Positions 12,690-26,209 of a stretch of 64,000 bases of DNA are shown in pieces. Position numbers and translations under genes: made by a program. Where the stretch lies: assembly GCA_001643675.2 (NCBI GenBank), contig LSRY02000003.1, positions 496,001 through 560,000 of the forward strand. Reading direction: 5' to 3'. The notes beneath the pieces are model-generated. The model was not told the origin of the DNA, searched no databases, and was given only the letters and a program-made list of their open reading frames with translations. This DNA comes from Monocercomonoides exilis PA203. Its lineage: Eukaryota > Protista > Preaxostyla. The stretch's first letter is position 1. The number at the start of each line of letters is the position of its first letter.

Positions 12690-14050
12690 TTCAAAGTTTT
12701 TCTTTTTCATTTGCTTTTCTTTCTTTCCTTCTTTCTGCTGACAGCTTCCCTCTGACTTCATCAACATGCATCAATTGCCTCTGTCTTTTGAACTTTGTCA
12801 TCTCATTCGCTTCTCCAATCTTCTGCTTCTTTTTCAGCCCCATTTCTTCTTTCTTCATCTGCAACTCTTATTTTTTTAGCTTCCATTTTTGTTGCTAATA
12901 TTCATTCATTATCATCATCATTTCCTCCTCATATACTCCTCTCATTGAGATCTCCTCTTTCTTTATCATCCACTGCGATTCTTCTTTGTTCTTCATTCTG
13001 TTCATCTTCACCTTCCACAGCTCTTCCTTCTTCTCCTTCTGTTTCTGCTTTGTGATTCATTCTCTTTCACCTCTTTTGTCTGTTTGATCTTCTCTTTCTC
13101 TTTCTCTCTTTCTTTAATGTGCCTCTGCTAAGAGATCTTCATTCTGATCTCTCTGCCTCTTTCTTCCTTTCCTTCGATAACTTTCACATTGACTTCCATC
13201 ACACAGTCTTTTCTCGCTTTTCTGTTGTTCGTTCATTCTTGTGATTATAATGGCAATATCCTCTTTGAAATATTTCTTATTCATCATCATCTTCTTCTTC
13301 CCTTTTCTCTCTTCCTCTGCTCATCATTTTTCGTTTTTGTTTCCTTTTCTTTTCGCTGAAATTTCCTCCCTGTGCTTTGCTTCTGGCTCAACTGCTTCCT
13401 CCTTCTCCAAAAAAAAATAATTTCATTGAAGATTTTCTTCAATTCCACTGCTCATCTGCAAGTCAACTTTCTTTTTGATTGTTTTGTGTTTTGTCTGTTG
13501 GTGTGTTTCTTCTTTCTCCTTCATCAACCCATCTTTCATTTTCTTTTTCACTTTTCTGGCTTTTCTTCTTCAAAACCATCTAATCTTTCACTCTTTCAAT
13601 ATTTTGGATTAAAAAATAATAATCACTTCAAAAAAAATAACGATAGCAAACCTTCTAATCATTTTTATAAGCAATTTTCTGTTTTTTTATCCCATTGGCA
13701 ACTGCTTTCTTCAATTCAATTTCATTATTCCTTCCTTTTTCAAGTGTTTCATCATCTGATTCTCCAATCATCCTTTCCGTCAGTTGTTTCTCCATCAAAT
13801 GCATCGATTTCTGGTCCTTCTGAAAAATGCGAAGTTCATGCATTTTGCTCAATTCCAATCTCATCATCATTGAAAAATATCCTGTTTTATGTCAGTAAAT
13901 ATCATCTCCAATTCCCTTCCCAATCCCTTCACCCTGGGCACTTTCCATATGAATTTGCTGGCTCAACTCCATAGTCACCCTGCACAATGAGATATAAAGC
14001 TTTCATTCATTTTCATTCATTTCCGCCTGCTGCTTTGGAAACAATGCAAA
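12690..14050 (-). pseudogene. Degenerate Lys/Glu-rich coding relic
   Basis: Coding-like purine bias on the minus strand, broken into short frames such as 13655..13870. No recognisable domain. Confidence 0.3.
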
Positions 14051-14539
14051 AATTCATCTCATTCAAAGACAAATAAATACAAACTCAAACATTCTTTCTG
14101 CTCCCTTTCAGCCTTTTCGGTGAATTCAGCGAAGCATTTTTATTCAAAAACACTTTCTTAATTCTCCAAAATTATCATGTCTGCTTGAACTAAATCAAAA
14201 AAACATTTTCAAAAAATGAAAAAGAAAAAAAAAAAATAAATTCTCTTTTCAAGGGAAATCAAATCAAACATTTATCACATTTCCATTGAACAGCAAGAAC
14301 AATATATTCGTAGAAAAGAATTGTCAATAAAAAATCTTATATAAATTAATAGCAGAAACCACATCTATTACAAACACGAAAAATGCAATCTTCAAGAAAA
14401 TAAAATGCCTTTGTCATGATTCGAATTTTCATGCAAAACTGTGAATATTTGTAATTATTTTCACAAATTATTAATTGATCGCGTGCATAAATAATATTTT
14501 CATTTTTGTTATGTTTGGAAGTCGTTTATCTTGTGGAAT

Positions 14540-17500
14540 ATGAAAGGAAATTTGACAGCAATATTTTTATTGGCTATAATGTTGTGTTTGCTCACCAGAG
14601 GCAAAACAATAGAAAGCACTGTCCCAAGTGTGCAAGCGGAGAACGTTGGAAATACAAGATTCAATCATATCACATGTGTTGAGACAAGTCTGAATATCAT
14701 CAATTCATCAGTGTGTGTGACCCATCTCAACCTCATCCCTCTCACTGCTTGTCCACTCCTCACTGCCCAACACCACTCCACTGCCTCCATCTGCTCCTCC
14801 ACTTGCACCATTCACCCTCCTTCACTCAACAACAGCCACCACCACCACCACTGCCCCCTCTTCCTCTCTGCCCATGCCTCCCTCTCCCTCACAAACTTCT
14901 CCCTCATCACCCACCAACCAGCCATCCTCTCCTTCCCCCTCTTCTCCACCCCAAACAATCTCCTCCCACATGCCCACTCCCCAATCCCTGCCTCCTTCTC
15001 CATCTCCCACCCCTCATTCTCCTCTTTCGTCTCCCTCATCCAGCCCTTCCTTTTTTCTCCTTCTTCCCTCTCTTCCCCTTCTCCTTCATCATCCTTATCC
15101 TCATCCTCATCATCTTCTTTTTCTTCCCCATCCTCATCCTCTTCTTTTTCTTCCCCTTCCCCTTCCCCTTCCCCTTCCCCTTCCTCTTCCCCTTCCCCTC
15201 TCCATGTCCATCACCAATCCCATCCCCACCTCCAAATCCACCTCAATCTCCATCTCTCAAACACCATCTTCTCCAACATCTCCTCATCCCAATCCCCTCT
15301 ATCACTTCCATCCCTTCCTTCACATTCACTCAACCCATTCACCTCAACCACCTCTTCCTCTTCTCTCTCTTCCACCAACATCAACTCCAATATAATCCCC
15401 TCCTTCTCTCTTCACGCATCCCTCTCCATCCACTCATCCATCTTCAAACACACCCACAACCCCATTGATGGTGCCATTCTCCCTTCTCTCAATAGCCCAT
15501 CCACTTCTCTCTCTGCCTTCAACGCCTCTTTTCTCCACCAAACACGCTCTTCATTAAATGCTGCTGTTGTACATGTTGGAACAGAATCTCAAAGAAAAAC
15601 ACCTGGAAGACTGACTGCTTTTGACGTTAACAGCCATCGCTTCGAATGGTGTGAATGGAATAATTCAACTGGTGGATCAAATCATGGTGGTGCACTTTAT
15701 GTTACTTGCACGAATGCAAATCTCACAATAATTTCGTGCTCATTTTACAATTGTTCAGCTTCTGGAGAAGGAGGAGCATTATTATGTGCCTATTTGTTGA
15801 AAATGAACATTGCAAAATCCAATTTTTCCAGTTGCTCGGCTGCTCATGGAGGAGCATTCGCTTCATGGGGACCGCAACCTAATTCTATTTGGGCGTTCTC
15901 TGAAAATATAGTTGAAAGTTGTTTTATAACAAGTTGGTGTGGAACTTCTTGGTGCTTTGCTATCCAAAATGCCCAAACAAATGCTCAATTCCTGTTTTTC
16001 AAATGTAAGTTCATTTCAAATTCTGGTGGTGATTCTGCTGGTTCTCTCACATTTGCTAATCCTCCACAATATAAACCTGAGAAAATTTTGGTTGATGATT
16101 GCCAATTTATAAACAACAAATTGACATCAACTTCAACTTCATGGGGAGGAGCTGGGCTGTGTTGCACAGCAACTTATTCCTGGATGAGCGGAAATAAATT
16201 CATCACATTCTGCTTCTTCGATGGAAATACAGCAGAAAATGGCAGAGGGAATGATGTGTTCTTCAGTGGAAGCAGCATCACCCTATCACCATTTGAGAAT
16301 TGTGGCTTAACAACTCCAACCAAAAGAGTGTGGAACGCGGGAACTGCTGATAATGTTGAGTACAACAGTTGACTTCCGATCATCAACCAGAACAAAATAG
16401 TCTCAAATGGTGGAAGTGATGTCGATGCCTGTGGCAAAACACAGCAAAGCTCCTGTGCCACGGTGGAGTATGCCCTCGGATGCGTTGCTCCCTTCAGCGA
16501 TGCCTCCCTCTCTCTTCTCATCTCCACTTTCACTCCCACAAAGACTCTCACATTTCGTGCTCCAAATACAAAAATCACTGGAAATGGCACAACTGCCACC
16601 ACCATCGCCTCCAGTGGCATTCCCCAACCACAAAACCCACATTCACACTCATCACAATCAGCATCATCATTTTCTTCATTTTCATCAATATCAACATTTT
16701 CTTCACCAGATCCATCTGCCTCGTCTGCCCTCTTCCAACAGACCCAGGGCTCCCTCACAGTCTCTGCCCTCGCCATCGCCCACAACTCCTCAAACCAAAT
16801 CACTCCCATCCTCTTCCACCTCTCCCAAAACTCTCCTTCCCTCAACCTCAACACAACCACCATCACCGGAACAACCTCCAATTCAATCACCACACCCCTC
16901 TTCTTCCTCACTGCTGGCTCCCTCGCCCTCAACCACACAGCAATCACCCAACTCTCCCTCAACAGCCAGAGCATCTTCCACCTCACCTCCCTCACAGCTC
17001 CCCTCACCCTCAACTCCTCCAACATCACCCACATCACCTCCACTGCCACCCCCGCCAGCTGTGTCCTCTCCTCTGCCACCTCCCCTGCCCTCTCCCTCTC
17101 CCTCGCCAACTGCACCATCGCCAACATCGACTCAGCTCCACAAAACCAACAGACTGCCACCAATGGCGGATGCATCTCATTCGCCTCATCTGCCCCTGCC
17201 AACTCGTTTTCTGTGAGTGATTCCACCTTCTCCACCTGCTCTGTGAGCGAGGATACAAGTTCTGGAGGAAGAGGCGGCGCTCTCATGATCGAGTTCAATG
17301 AAGGCTCACAAGTGTCATCCACAACCTTTTCCATCACCAATATCGTGTTTTCAGCCAACAAGGCCTGTGTCGGAAGAGATGTGTATTTTGTGTGTGAATC
17401 ATTTGTCGCTTCTTTGAAAGAGCCCTTGTTCGCCTTCATGGGAAACATCACTCAGAAAGACAACTCGGTTGCTGGGCATGACAGAACAGAAGCATTCGGT

Positions 17501-20500
17501 GATTGGGATGTCGATTTATTCATATTTCTCGATGGATACTTTGATGATACAATATATGTGGATGGAATATCCGGAGTGGAGAGGGTATATTGTGGATTGG
17601 AGAAGGCGCCATGTTTGAATGTGAATTATGGGATGGAGCGTTTGAAGAGAACAAATGTTAAAGAAGAGATTATTGTTATTTCAAGTACGTTAATGGCGGG
17701 GTATGTGGATTTGGGAGGAATGTGCATAAAGGCAAAAACCGAGGCAATTGTAGAAATAGAATGCCAAAGGGAAGTGAGTGGATCTGAGGAATGTGTTCTG
17801 AAATCGGCATCACTGACAGAAATACAGTTCATTGGGATTGTTGTTCCATCGAGTTTTAGCAGAGCAATCACATCGGTGATTGGATCGAGCACTCAAAATG
17901 GGGAGTTGCACATGAAGAACTGTGAGATGAGTGTCGTTGGCGGGAAGGAAAACACGATTGCATATTTCTTGATCAAATCGACAGGGAAGATGGTTGAATT
18001 GGACTCTGTCACGATTTCAGATGTGAAATCAACAGTCTCGTTGTTTTCAATTTCGCTTTTCTCAGGAAATGTGAATGAGCAGGAATACAAAGTGAAACTA
18101 TTGAATTGCACACTGGAAGGATTGCAAATTGATGAAGGTGGAGAGGCAGCAGTGTTTGGAGGGAGTGTGGGAGTTGGGATGGCGATGAATGGAAGCAGAA
18201 TTGATGGAGCATTGTCGATGAAGAGTGAAGAAGGAGGGTCACTGAAGATAGTGTTGAATGAAGGAGGATATGTCTCCATTGATAATAGTTCATTTGTTGA
18301 ATGTATTTGCGAGAATATGAGTGAGGGAGGAAAAGGAGGAGGGATTTATCTGGATTGCAGCCTGAATGAAGAAGCATTTCAACTCACAGAGATATCGTTT
18401 TCTGGGTGCAGGGCAACAGTTGGGAAGAACATGTTTGTGAAGAGCAACAATCTGGTGAACAGTGTGGATACAGAGCGTTTCGCATTTGATTGCTCAGGAT
18501 ATTCTAATGATGGGAATGCATTTGTTGGGGAAGATGGGACTTATGAGGAAATGGATCTTCGAGTGTTTCTTGTTTCTTTGAAGTGGATGGATGTGTCTGT
18601 ATCGACTGGTGGTCATGACACATTGGAATGTGGAAGTGATGTGTTTTACTTGTTATTCGATTGATCATGGCCTTTTGCACCTGACATCAAAACCTGTTCG
18701 TCTAATATTCATTGTGGCAAAGAGCATGATTGAAGGAGAGATAAATCTGGAAGAATTGAATTTGAGCTCGAAGAGCAGGGAGATGTGCAAAGTTGAAGTG
18801 AAATCAGGGATTAAGAAAGCAAGGGAGGCATTGGTGAAAACAGCTGGAACAGTCTCATTGCTGAGAGTGAACTTTGTATTTGATCCAAATTTTGCTTCTT
18901 CACATGAATCATTGATATCACCAGAGGGAGGGATTCTTGAAATTATGAATTGCTCATTCGCTTCAAAACAATCCAATGAAGAAGAAAATGAATTTGCAAA
19001 CATTCCATTTCACATCATCAATATGGAAAAAGGAGAATTACAACTTGATGGATGCACAATATCAAATCTCATTCTTCAAGAATCTGCTTTGCATCTTTCA
19101 TCTTCTCTTCCATCAGCAATTGATTCATTAACCATTTGCAATTCAACAATTGAAATCTCTCTGATAGATATAAATGAATGCGGAAAATTGAATATGGAAA
19201 AGTTACGAACAGAAAATATCACAGTTGAAGGAAATGGAGAATCACTGATATCTTGCCTGTCAATGAAAAAGACAATTCAATTTACAAATTGCACAATTGG
19301 TGGAGTCAATTCACAGATTACAAAAGGTAAATTGATGAAATTGGAGGATTGCACAGATATGAAAATGGACAGTTGCATTTTTGATGGGAGTTCAAATGAA
19401 AGAAATGAACAGACTTTAAATGAGGGAGAAGAGATGTGCAGATGGGATGGATCTTTAGTGGATATTGTGAAGAGTTCTGTGATGATGAAAGACACAACAA
19501 TCTCGAATTCACCAGAAGGTGGAATAACAATGAGTGGAGGAAATATGATTATTGAGATGGGATTATTTGAGAACAATAATCCATCCATTGAAGGATATCC
19601 TTCATTGAGAAGAAATATCATCTGTTCAGATTCAGGAACATTGAATGTTAGAAGTTTGAAAGGAGGAGATGGATTGGAGAGAAATACATCGCTTTGGATG
19701 TTGAACAATGGGTGCAGTTTTGAAGGGATTGTTTCTGAGAGGGAATCGTCGTTCTTCATTCCTGTTCTGGAGAGTGTTGAGGCAAAAGAAACAATCGATA
19801 GAATGAAATTGATATTCAAAGGATTGCTTCTTTTTCCATGCAATCTGTCATTCGCAGTTGTGAAGAGAAAAGGAGAAGAGAAAGAGATTGAACATTTTGA
19901 TTTTGATATGGAAGGATTCTTGTCAGAAAGAGAAGTTGAAGGGAGTGTGGGAAAAGATCTGATCAGCAGTTGTGGAAATGAAATCGAGGTGAGTGTTTCT
20001 GTTTTGTTTGGGAATGCAGAATCTCCTTCTTCAACAAATTCATTCATTCTGAAAAATGCAAGCATTACTCCTCCAAAAGGAGATGAAAGGATTGTTGAAG
20101 GAGGAAATGAGAAGAAGTCGTGGTGGATTGTTATTGTGATTGCATGCTTCATATTTATGATTTTGCTGACAATAATTGTTGTTTTGGCTATTCGATGGAG
20201 GAAGGTTAAGAATGAAGCAGAAGATCTGAGAGAAATTGTGAATGACAACATCAGAAAAGATCCGAAGGCATTTGAGATGGTGACGATGGAGATGTCACCT
20301 GAGGAACAGTGGAGGAGAGCAGAGAGGGAGGCAGAAAAGAAGAACGATGAGAGAATTAAGAAGAGGGTGTATGAGAAAAACTTGGGTCATTCGGAGTCAT
20401 CAGAGCATCTTTTGGCTGAAAGTGGATCAACTGAATACATTTTGGGGAGAGATTCAGACAAGATCCCAGAATGGATGCTGGAGAAAGATGAAGAAGAAGA

Positions 20501-21479
20501 GATTAGGAACAGAACACCATCACCATCCATCTCATCCACTTCAACAACCGATTCAGATTCAACGTTTGTTCGAACAGAGAGTCTGTGTCCAACCACTTCG
20601 TCCATGTCGAATCTGGTGGATGCAATGGCGTGCTCATCACCTTATGAAAAGTTGATTGTCGATTTGCGAGATTCTCTGTTCATGCTGCTTCATGGGCGGA
20701 ATGAGAAGAAGGAGCTGGCGATTGGATCATTGAAGGAGAGGGAGCTGACAGGAGCACAGACCCTGTTCTGGGTGGCGAATGGGGCACTCCACTCGCTTGA
20801 AGATGAGGAAGACGAACTTCCCTCTTTACCGAACCTGAGTCCGCACATTGTGCTGTTCTCGGAGCACCTGGTGATCTGCATTGCCCTCCACTCGGACTTC
20901 TCATCAGGCTCAGACACCTCATCTGCATCGTCCACCTCCACCATTGTCACATCATCCTCTGATTGCTCAGCGATCAACAAGATGTGGAGAGACACACAGT
21001 TGCCTTCATCAGCATTTGAGGATGCAGACAATCAGTTTGAGTGCTTGCGGTGGAAGGCGCCTGAATTGCAGATGAACAAGAAGATGGGAGCGACAGAGAA
21101 GTCAGTGGCATTCTCGATTGGGATGATGCTGTGGGAGTGTGTGACACTCGAGATCCCGTTTGGAGAATATGAGGCAGCGATCGCTGGGCAGAAGATTGCG
21201 AATGGGGAGAGGCCGAATGAGCGGGGAATTGAAGAGAGCATGGTGAAGAATGTGGTGAATGCGTGTCTGTCAGCAGAGGCATCGAAAAGACCGGCACTCA
21301 CCGAAGTGAAGAGAGAGCTGGCTGGGCTGTTTCCAGATGGGACATTTGTTGTGACGATGACAGATGCGATCATTCTTGAGGAAAGCAGTGAAGAACGCGA
21401 AGAAAACGATGAGGGCAAGGGAAGAGAAAAAGAAGAGAAGCCAGATGCGAATGAGATGAAAAACTTGTTTGGCAAATGA
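14540..21479 (+). pseudogene. Large type-I membrane protein: signal peptide, pectin-lyase-like beta-helix ectodomain, TM helix and degenerate kinase C-lobe; disrupted by one TGA and one +1 frameshift
   Basis: Signal peptide MKGNLTAIFLLAIMLCLL; GGA(L/I) and FxxCxA repeats; TM WWIVIVIACFIFMILLTIIVVLAI (~20121-20192); RWKAPE...SIGMMLWEC...IPF...GERP...CL....KRP. ORFs 14531 and 16463 are in frame across TGA 16370-16372. An extra T near 18643-18646 shifts into ORF 18591..21479. Confidence 0.8.
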
Positions 21480-22260
21480 TGAGAGCTTAAAATAAACGGT
21501 TTATTCCAAACATGAAAACAAACTGTGAGAGAAAGAAAGTTGTTTTAACATCTTAGACTCAATTTAGATAAAAACTGAAATTCGCTTCGTTGAATTTTAA
21601 GATGAGTGCGAGAATATGATGAAAGTTTTTGGAGTATGAGAATTTTGGGATCGGTATTTTTGAAGTGAATGTGAAAGCAGTTTTGTATTACTGGGTTTTT
21701 TAAAGCCTTATTTTATTCATAAAATAATTCAAATTTGAAAAAGTATGTGGAATATGAAAAAAGAATTATCAAAAATTTTAATGTGAAGTGTAACTTATTG
21801 GGTCAGAAAATTTTCATTGAATTCATCGAGAATTATTTCAAAAAAACTCTGTTGTTTATTTTTTGATTAAAAACACAAAAGAAAAGTTGCAATAACATTC
21901 AAATTAGTTGTGAAATAAAGTTTCACTGCATGAAACAAAAACAACATCTTCCAAAACATATTTTAACAGAAATCATTCATCATATTCAAAGTTGTCACCA
22001 TCTTTTTCTTAACTTATATTATTAAATCCTTCGACAAAATGGAGTTTATTTTCAGAATCCATAGACATTTCTTCATCTTTGTAATTTTCTTTTCATGTTA
22101 TTCATAAAAAAAATTTCATATGAAATGACCAACATTTTGAGTGAAAACGATTGAAAAACAACGTTCTCCTGTGATTTTTCATCAAAATATTTTATTGGCA
22201 ATTCAAAATACAACAAAAATTGAATAAAGATATGTGAAGAAAAAAATGAGGATAAATATT

Positions 22261-22930
22261 GGTGATTATTTTTTTAATCATATATAGTTAGTGTTAATAA
22301 TGGTGGACACTTTCAATAACTGTGGACAGTGGCAATATCTCAACAACTGTTGATAATTGTTTTTTGACAATTAACACAACTATTCCTTCATTGAATGTGA
22401 ATTAATACGAATTGTTTTTTTCATTCACACATAACAATTAAATTTTGTCATAATAATTATTTATTTTCGGAGAAACTCGGAGAAATAAGATTCTCCGAGT
22501 TTCTCCGAATATTCAAAATGTGTTTTTTTTAAATTCTGCTGAGAAAGTTGTTTCATTTCTGTATGTCTTATAAATTCATATGCATTGAGGGAATAATTAG
22601 GTTAATTGTCAAAAAGCAACTTTTGACGGTTGTTGAGATAATGCAACTGTCCACAGTTATTGAAAGTGTCCACCATTATTAACACTAACTATAATTCAAA
22701 TCTGTTATTTCGATTTGAAAATATGTTTCGAACGTAAAGAACGTGCGCTGAAAAGGAATAATACAATTGATATGGCACAATCTTTTTGAAAAGTCGGAAA
22801 ACTTTAATTTCGAACCCACAAAAGATCACAAATTCGAAAACTCAATTTTTTGGCAATTTTTGTCTCTTATCATTCACAACATTTTCATAACATTATTCTC
22901 AAATGATTTATAGCATTAGAACAAATCACA
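22261..22930. mobile_element. Degenerate family-A MITE interrupted by the family-B MITE
   Basis: ggtgattattttttaatcata before the insertion and the sequence after 22694 align by eye with 61831-61900. The rejoined length is about 255-260 bp. Confidence 0.55.
22283..22693. mobile_element. Fold-back MITE (family B), ~410 bp, TA-flanked
   Basis: TIR TAGTTAGTGTTAATAATGGTGGACACTTTCAATAACTGTGGACAGT is perfect for ~46 bp and imperfect to ~130 bp. TA at both ends. Central 19-bp perfect hairpin at 22466-22509. Confidence 0.88.
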
Positions 22931-23449
22931 AACATTTTCCATATTTAAATTTTATAATGTTTCAGTGATCAATATGAACAATAATCTTAAAAAGATTGAT
23001 TATAGAACATAAGCACTTCATAAACATTGAGAATGTTTTTAGAAATTAATTTATCTTAAAGTTGAATGGATTAACATCTCGTTTAAATTCTTTGCAATCA
23101 GCCAAATTTTAAAGTTTGACAAAGCGATGAATGTTGTTTATTTAACAAACCAATCACGAAAATTTTTAATTGAATAATGTAACATTCCTTTTCTTGTTGT
23201 TTTCAATTCATTTTTGGCTTTATTTGTTATGAAATCAATACGCATTGTTATAATTAAGCGAAAACTGTGATTTGATGAATTTAATATGAAATAACGAAAT
23301 AAAAAAGGAAAGAAAAAAAAGAATTACAAATTTGAAAATACCTGTGGAATATTTCTATACTCAAACAATTGCACCAATCATGGAAATTGCTTTTCTAATT
23401 GTGTGTAAATTTGTGTTCATTGTTTTATTGGAACCTCCAATCCTCATAA

Positions 23450-26177
23450 AATTTTTAATAAACAAATTATCGAAAAGCCTTCATTTTCATCTTCTTCTTC
23501 CTATTCCACTTTCTTTTCCTCTCCTCCACCTATACACTTTCTGCAGACGAACTTATTGATGATACCAAACCAGTGAACGTAAGCGTTACCGAAATATTCC
23601 TTAATAAACACGATCTTGATGACGATGATCCTGCAAAAAATGATGATGGGGAAGTGCTAGTGAGGGAAAGCCTCAAATACTCACTCAATTTGCTGAACAA
23701 ATTGTTCTTTTCCTCTCTTTTTCTTTTTCTTTTTCTTTCTCTTTCTTTCACTGCACCTTCGCTGCCCTCCACTTCACCACCGATGGTTGCCTCAATTTCT
23801 CCACCTTGCCATTCTCATCTTTCAATCCTCTAACTTCAACCTCTCTTCTTCTTTGCTTCGCCTTCGCCTTCGCCTTCTCTTTTTCATTCATCATCATCAT
23901 CTTCCTCTTCTTCGTCATCAGCTTCTTCTGATAATTCATCTTTCTTGTCTGTATGCATTTGCGACAAATCCCATTCACACAAGGGACTTTCCAACAGGCA
24001 AAACGGGAGAATACTTTTCTCTTCTTTTGCAGTGAATAATTGGAATCTTCATCCATTAGGCTTCTTATCTGCGATAAATCATCACATATCCACAATCGTT
24101 GGTATCATCTTAGGCACAAAGCAGCAATCCAGCGGTTCAGATAGCCAACATTGACAGCCGCTCAGGTTCTCAAGGTCTTACTCTGCGAACTGTTGCATAT
24201 GACTCCGCAGGCCATATGCATATTGACTCTTCCACTTCCAGCAACTGGGAAGAGCAACAGCATCCACAGTCGCTCCAAACTTCACAAGACAATGGTGCGT
24301 CTTTTGCAATCCAGGAGCAGAATGAATCATTTCATTCTGAACTTTCTTTCCAAAATCAGATGGCGTGCGCACATCAGTCTGCTCTTCCTCTGCTATCAAT
24401 TCCACTGTCAAATGAGTAATGAAATGAATTGGGGAAAGAACGCTTTTGTGGAAGTGGAAACGTATGTGGTGTTGGTGGCGACAAAGATCAAAGAGATGAA
24501 GCAGGCATTGTTGGCTTTTTGAACACCGACTCTCTTTCATTTGTCAACATGGTATTACAGAATTAGCAGGCACAGCCAGAACGGGGAGAGTGCTTGTGGA
24601 GGAAGGGAAAGCAGCAGCTGGAAGATGAGGAGAAGTGAAACCAAAGAGACTTCAGTTAGGCAGAGAGAAGTGATTGCATGGTTGGTTGAGATGCTGGTTT
24701 GTGATAATTTGGACTGGGAAAGAGTCAGATAATTTTGGAAGTTTTGAAGAGGAAGAAGAAGAGGAAGAAGAGGAAGAGGAGAAAGAAGAGGAAGAGGAAG
24801 AGGAAGAGGAGGAAGAAGAGGAAGAGGAAGAGGAAGAGGAGGAAGAAGAGAAAGAAGAAGCAGAAAAGGCAGACAATGCAAACGGATGTTCTGAAGTCGA
24901 ATGACTCAAGCGAATCGAATCTTAGAGAGGCACTTTCGAGCTACTCTTCCGATGCTGCAGTGCAAAATGCTCGTTTTCTTCGTCGTTCACTCTCTGACTC
25001 CTGTGCTTCTTTGGCGTTCTCTGCCTTCTTGCTACACTTTGCTCTTCTTCTTCTGCCTTTTATCCAGCTTCATTGCCCAAGTTGAGGATTATCTCGCTAT
25101 CATACAGAATTTCTATCTCACTCACTTCTCTCCCTACATACACCAGCCCCGCTTTCTTCAACAGCCTCACTTGCTCATACTGCAGTTCCTCCTTCTCTCT
25201 TTCTTCTCTCCCTTCGCTCCTCTCTCTTACCACTGTTCCTCCTCTTCCTCCTCCTCCGCTTCCATCTCCTCCTCCTTTGCTGATTCCTCTATCACTCCCT
25301 CCTTCCCTTCCTCTGCTTCTTCTTCCCTCTCTTCCTCCTCCTCCTCCGTTTCCCAATTCGCACCATGGCGACAACCACTCGCTTTCAGGAAACACTTCAT
25401 CATCCTTCTTCATCTGCTGTATTATTATCTTCCTCCTTATCTATCTCTTCTCCTTCTCCCTCTGGTTTTGCATCAGGTTTCTCTCGCTCATCATCGTCGT
25501 GAACCCGCCGTCCGCACAAACCGCCAGAATGACCTCTTCTTTCCTCCTCTTCTTCTTCCTATCCTTCTATTACGCTTCTGCTTCTGCCTTTGTCTCTGCA
25601 TCGTCTGTCTTGTCGCTCCAGTTGTAAACATCAAACAAACTGAACCCTCCTCTCTCGTCGTCTGCCAGTCTATTGTCCTCTTCTTCCTCTTATTCCTCGT
25701 CTTCCTATTCTTCCTCATTGTAACTATCACAGGAGCCGGACTCTTCCTCTTCTCTCAGCATCATCAACCCGATGGAATCAATGCTTCCATTCAACGAACA
25801 TTTTTCTGCTTTTGCAGCTTCATCAGCTCGTGAAAGCACCGCAATCTTCTTCTTTCTAACTCTTTAACTCTGGACGAAAAAGAGGAGAAGGTGAGAGGAG
25901 GTGACATCGGGGTAGAGGAAGATGCAGGGGTGGGAATAAGGAGATGGACCGATGTGTGCAGAAAAGTGGGGAGAGGAGAAGCGAAAGGAGCAAGATGACG
26001 TGAAAACTTTTTGTGGAAGCCGGCGTTTGTATGTTTTGGAGACAGAATCTGGAAGGGTGAGTTAGAAGGGGTTGCATTTGGAGATTGTGAGTGAAATGGA
26101 TAGGATGATGGTGATGGTGGTGGTGATGATGATGATGAGGTGGAGAAGAAGACGAAGACGAAGAAGACGAAGAAGAC

Positions 26178-26209
<32 letters not shown>

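Noticed and set aside
7431-16372. TGA reassignment or readthrough suggested by two in-frame TGAs
   Set aside because: TGA ends several genes here (PDI-like, RNASEH2C, the receptor, the 35-38 kb gene). The two sites would probably need different residues (Arg versus Trp), and both loci are decay-prone.
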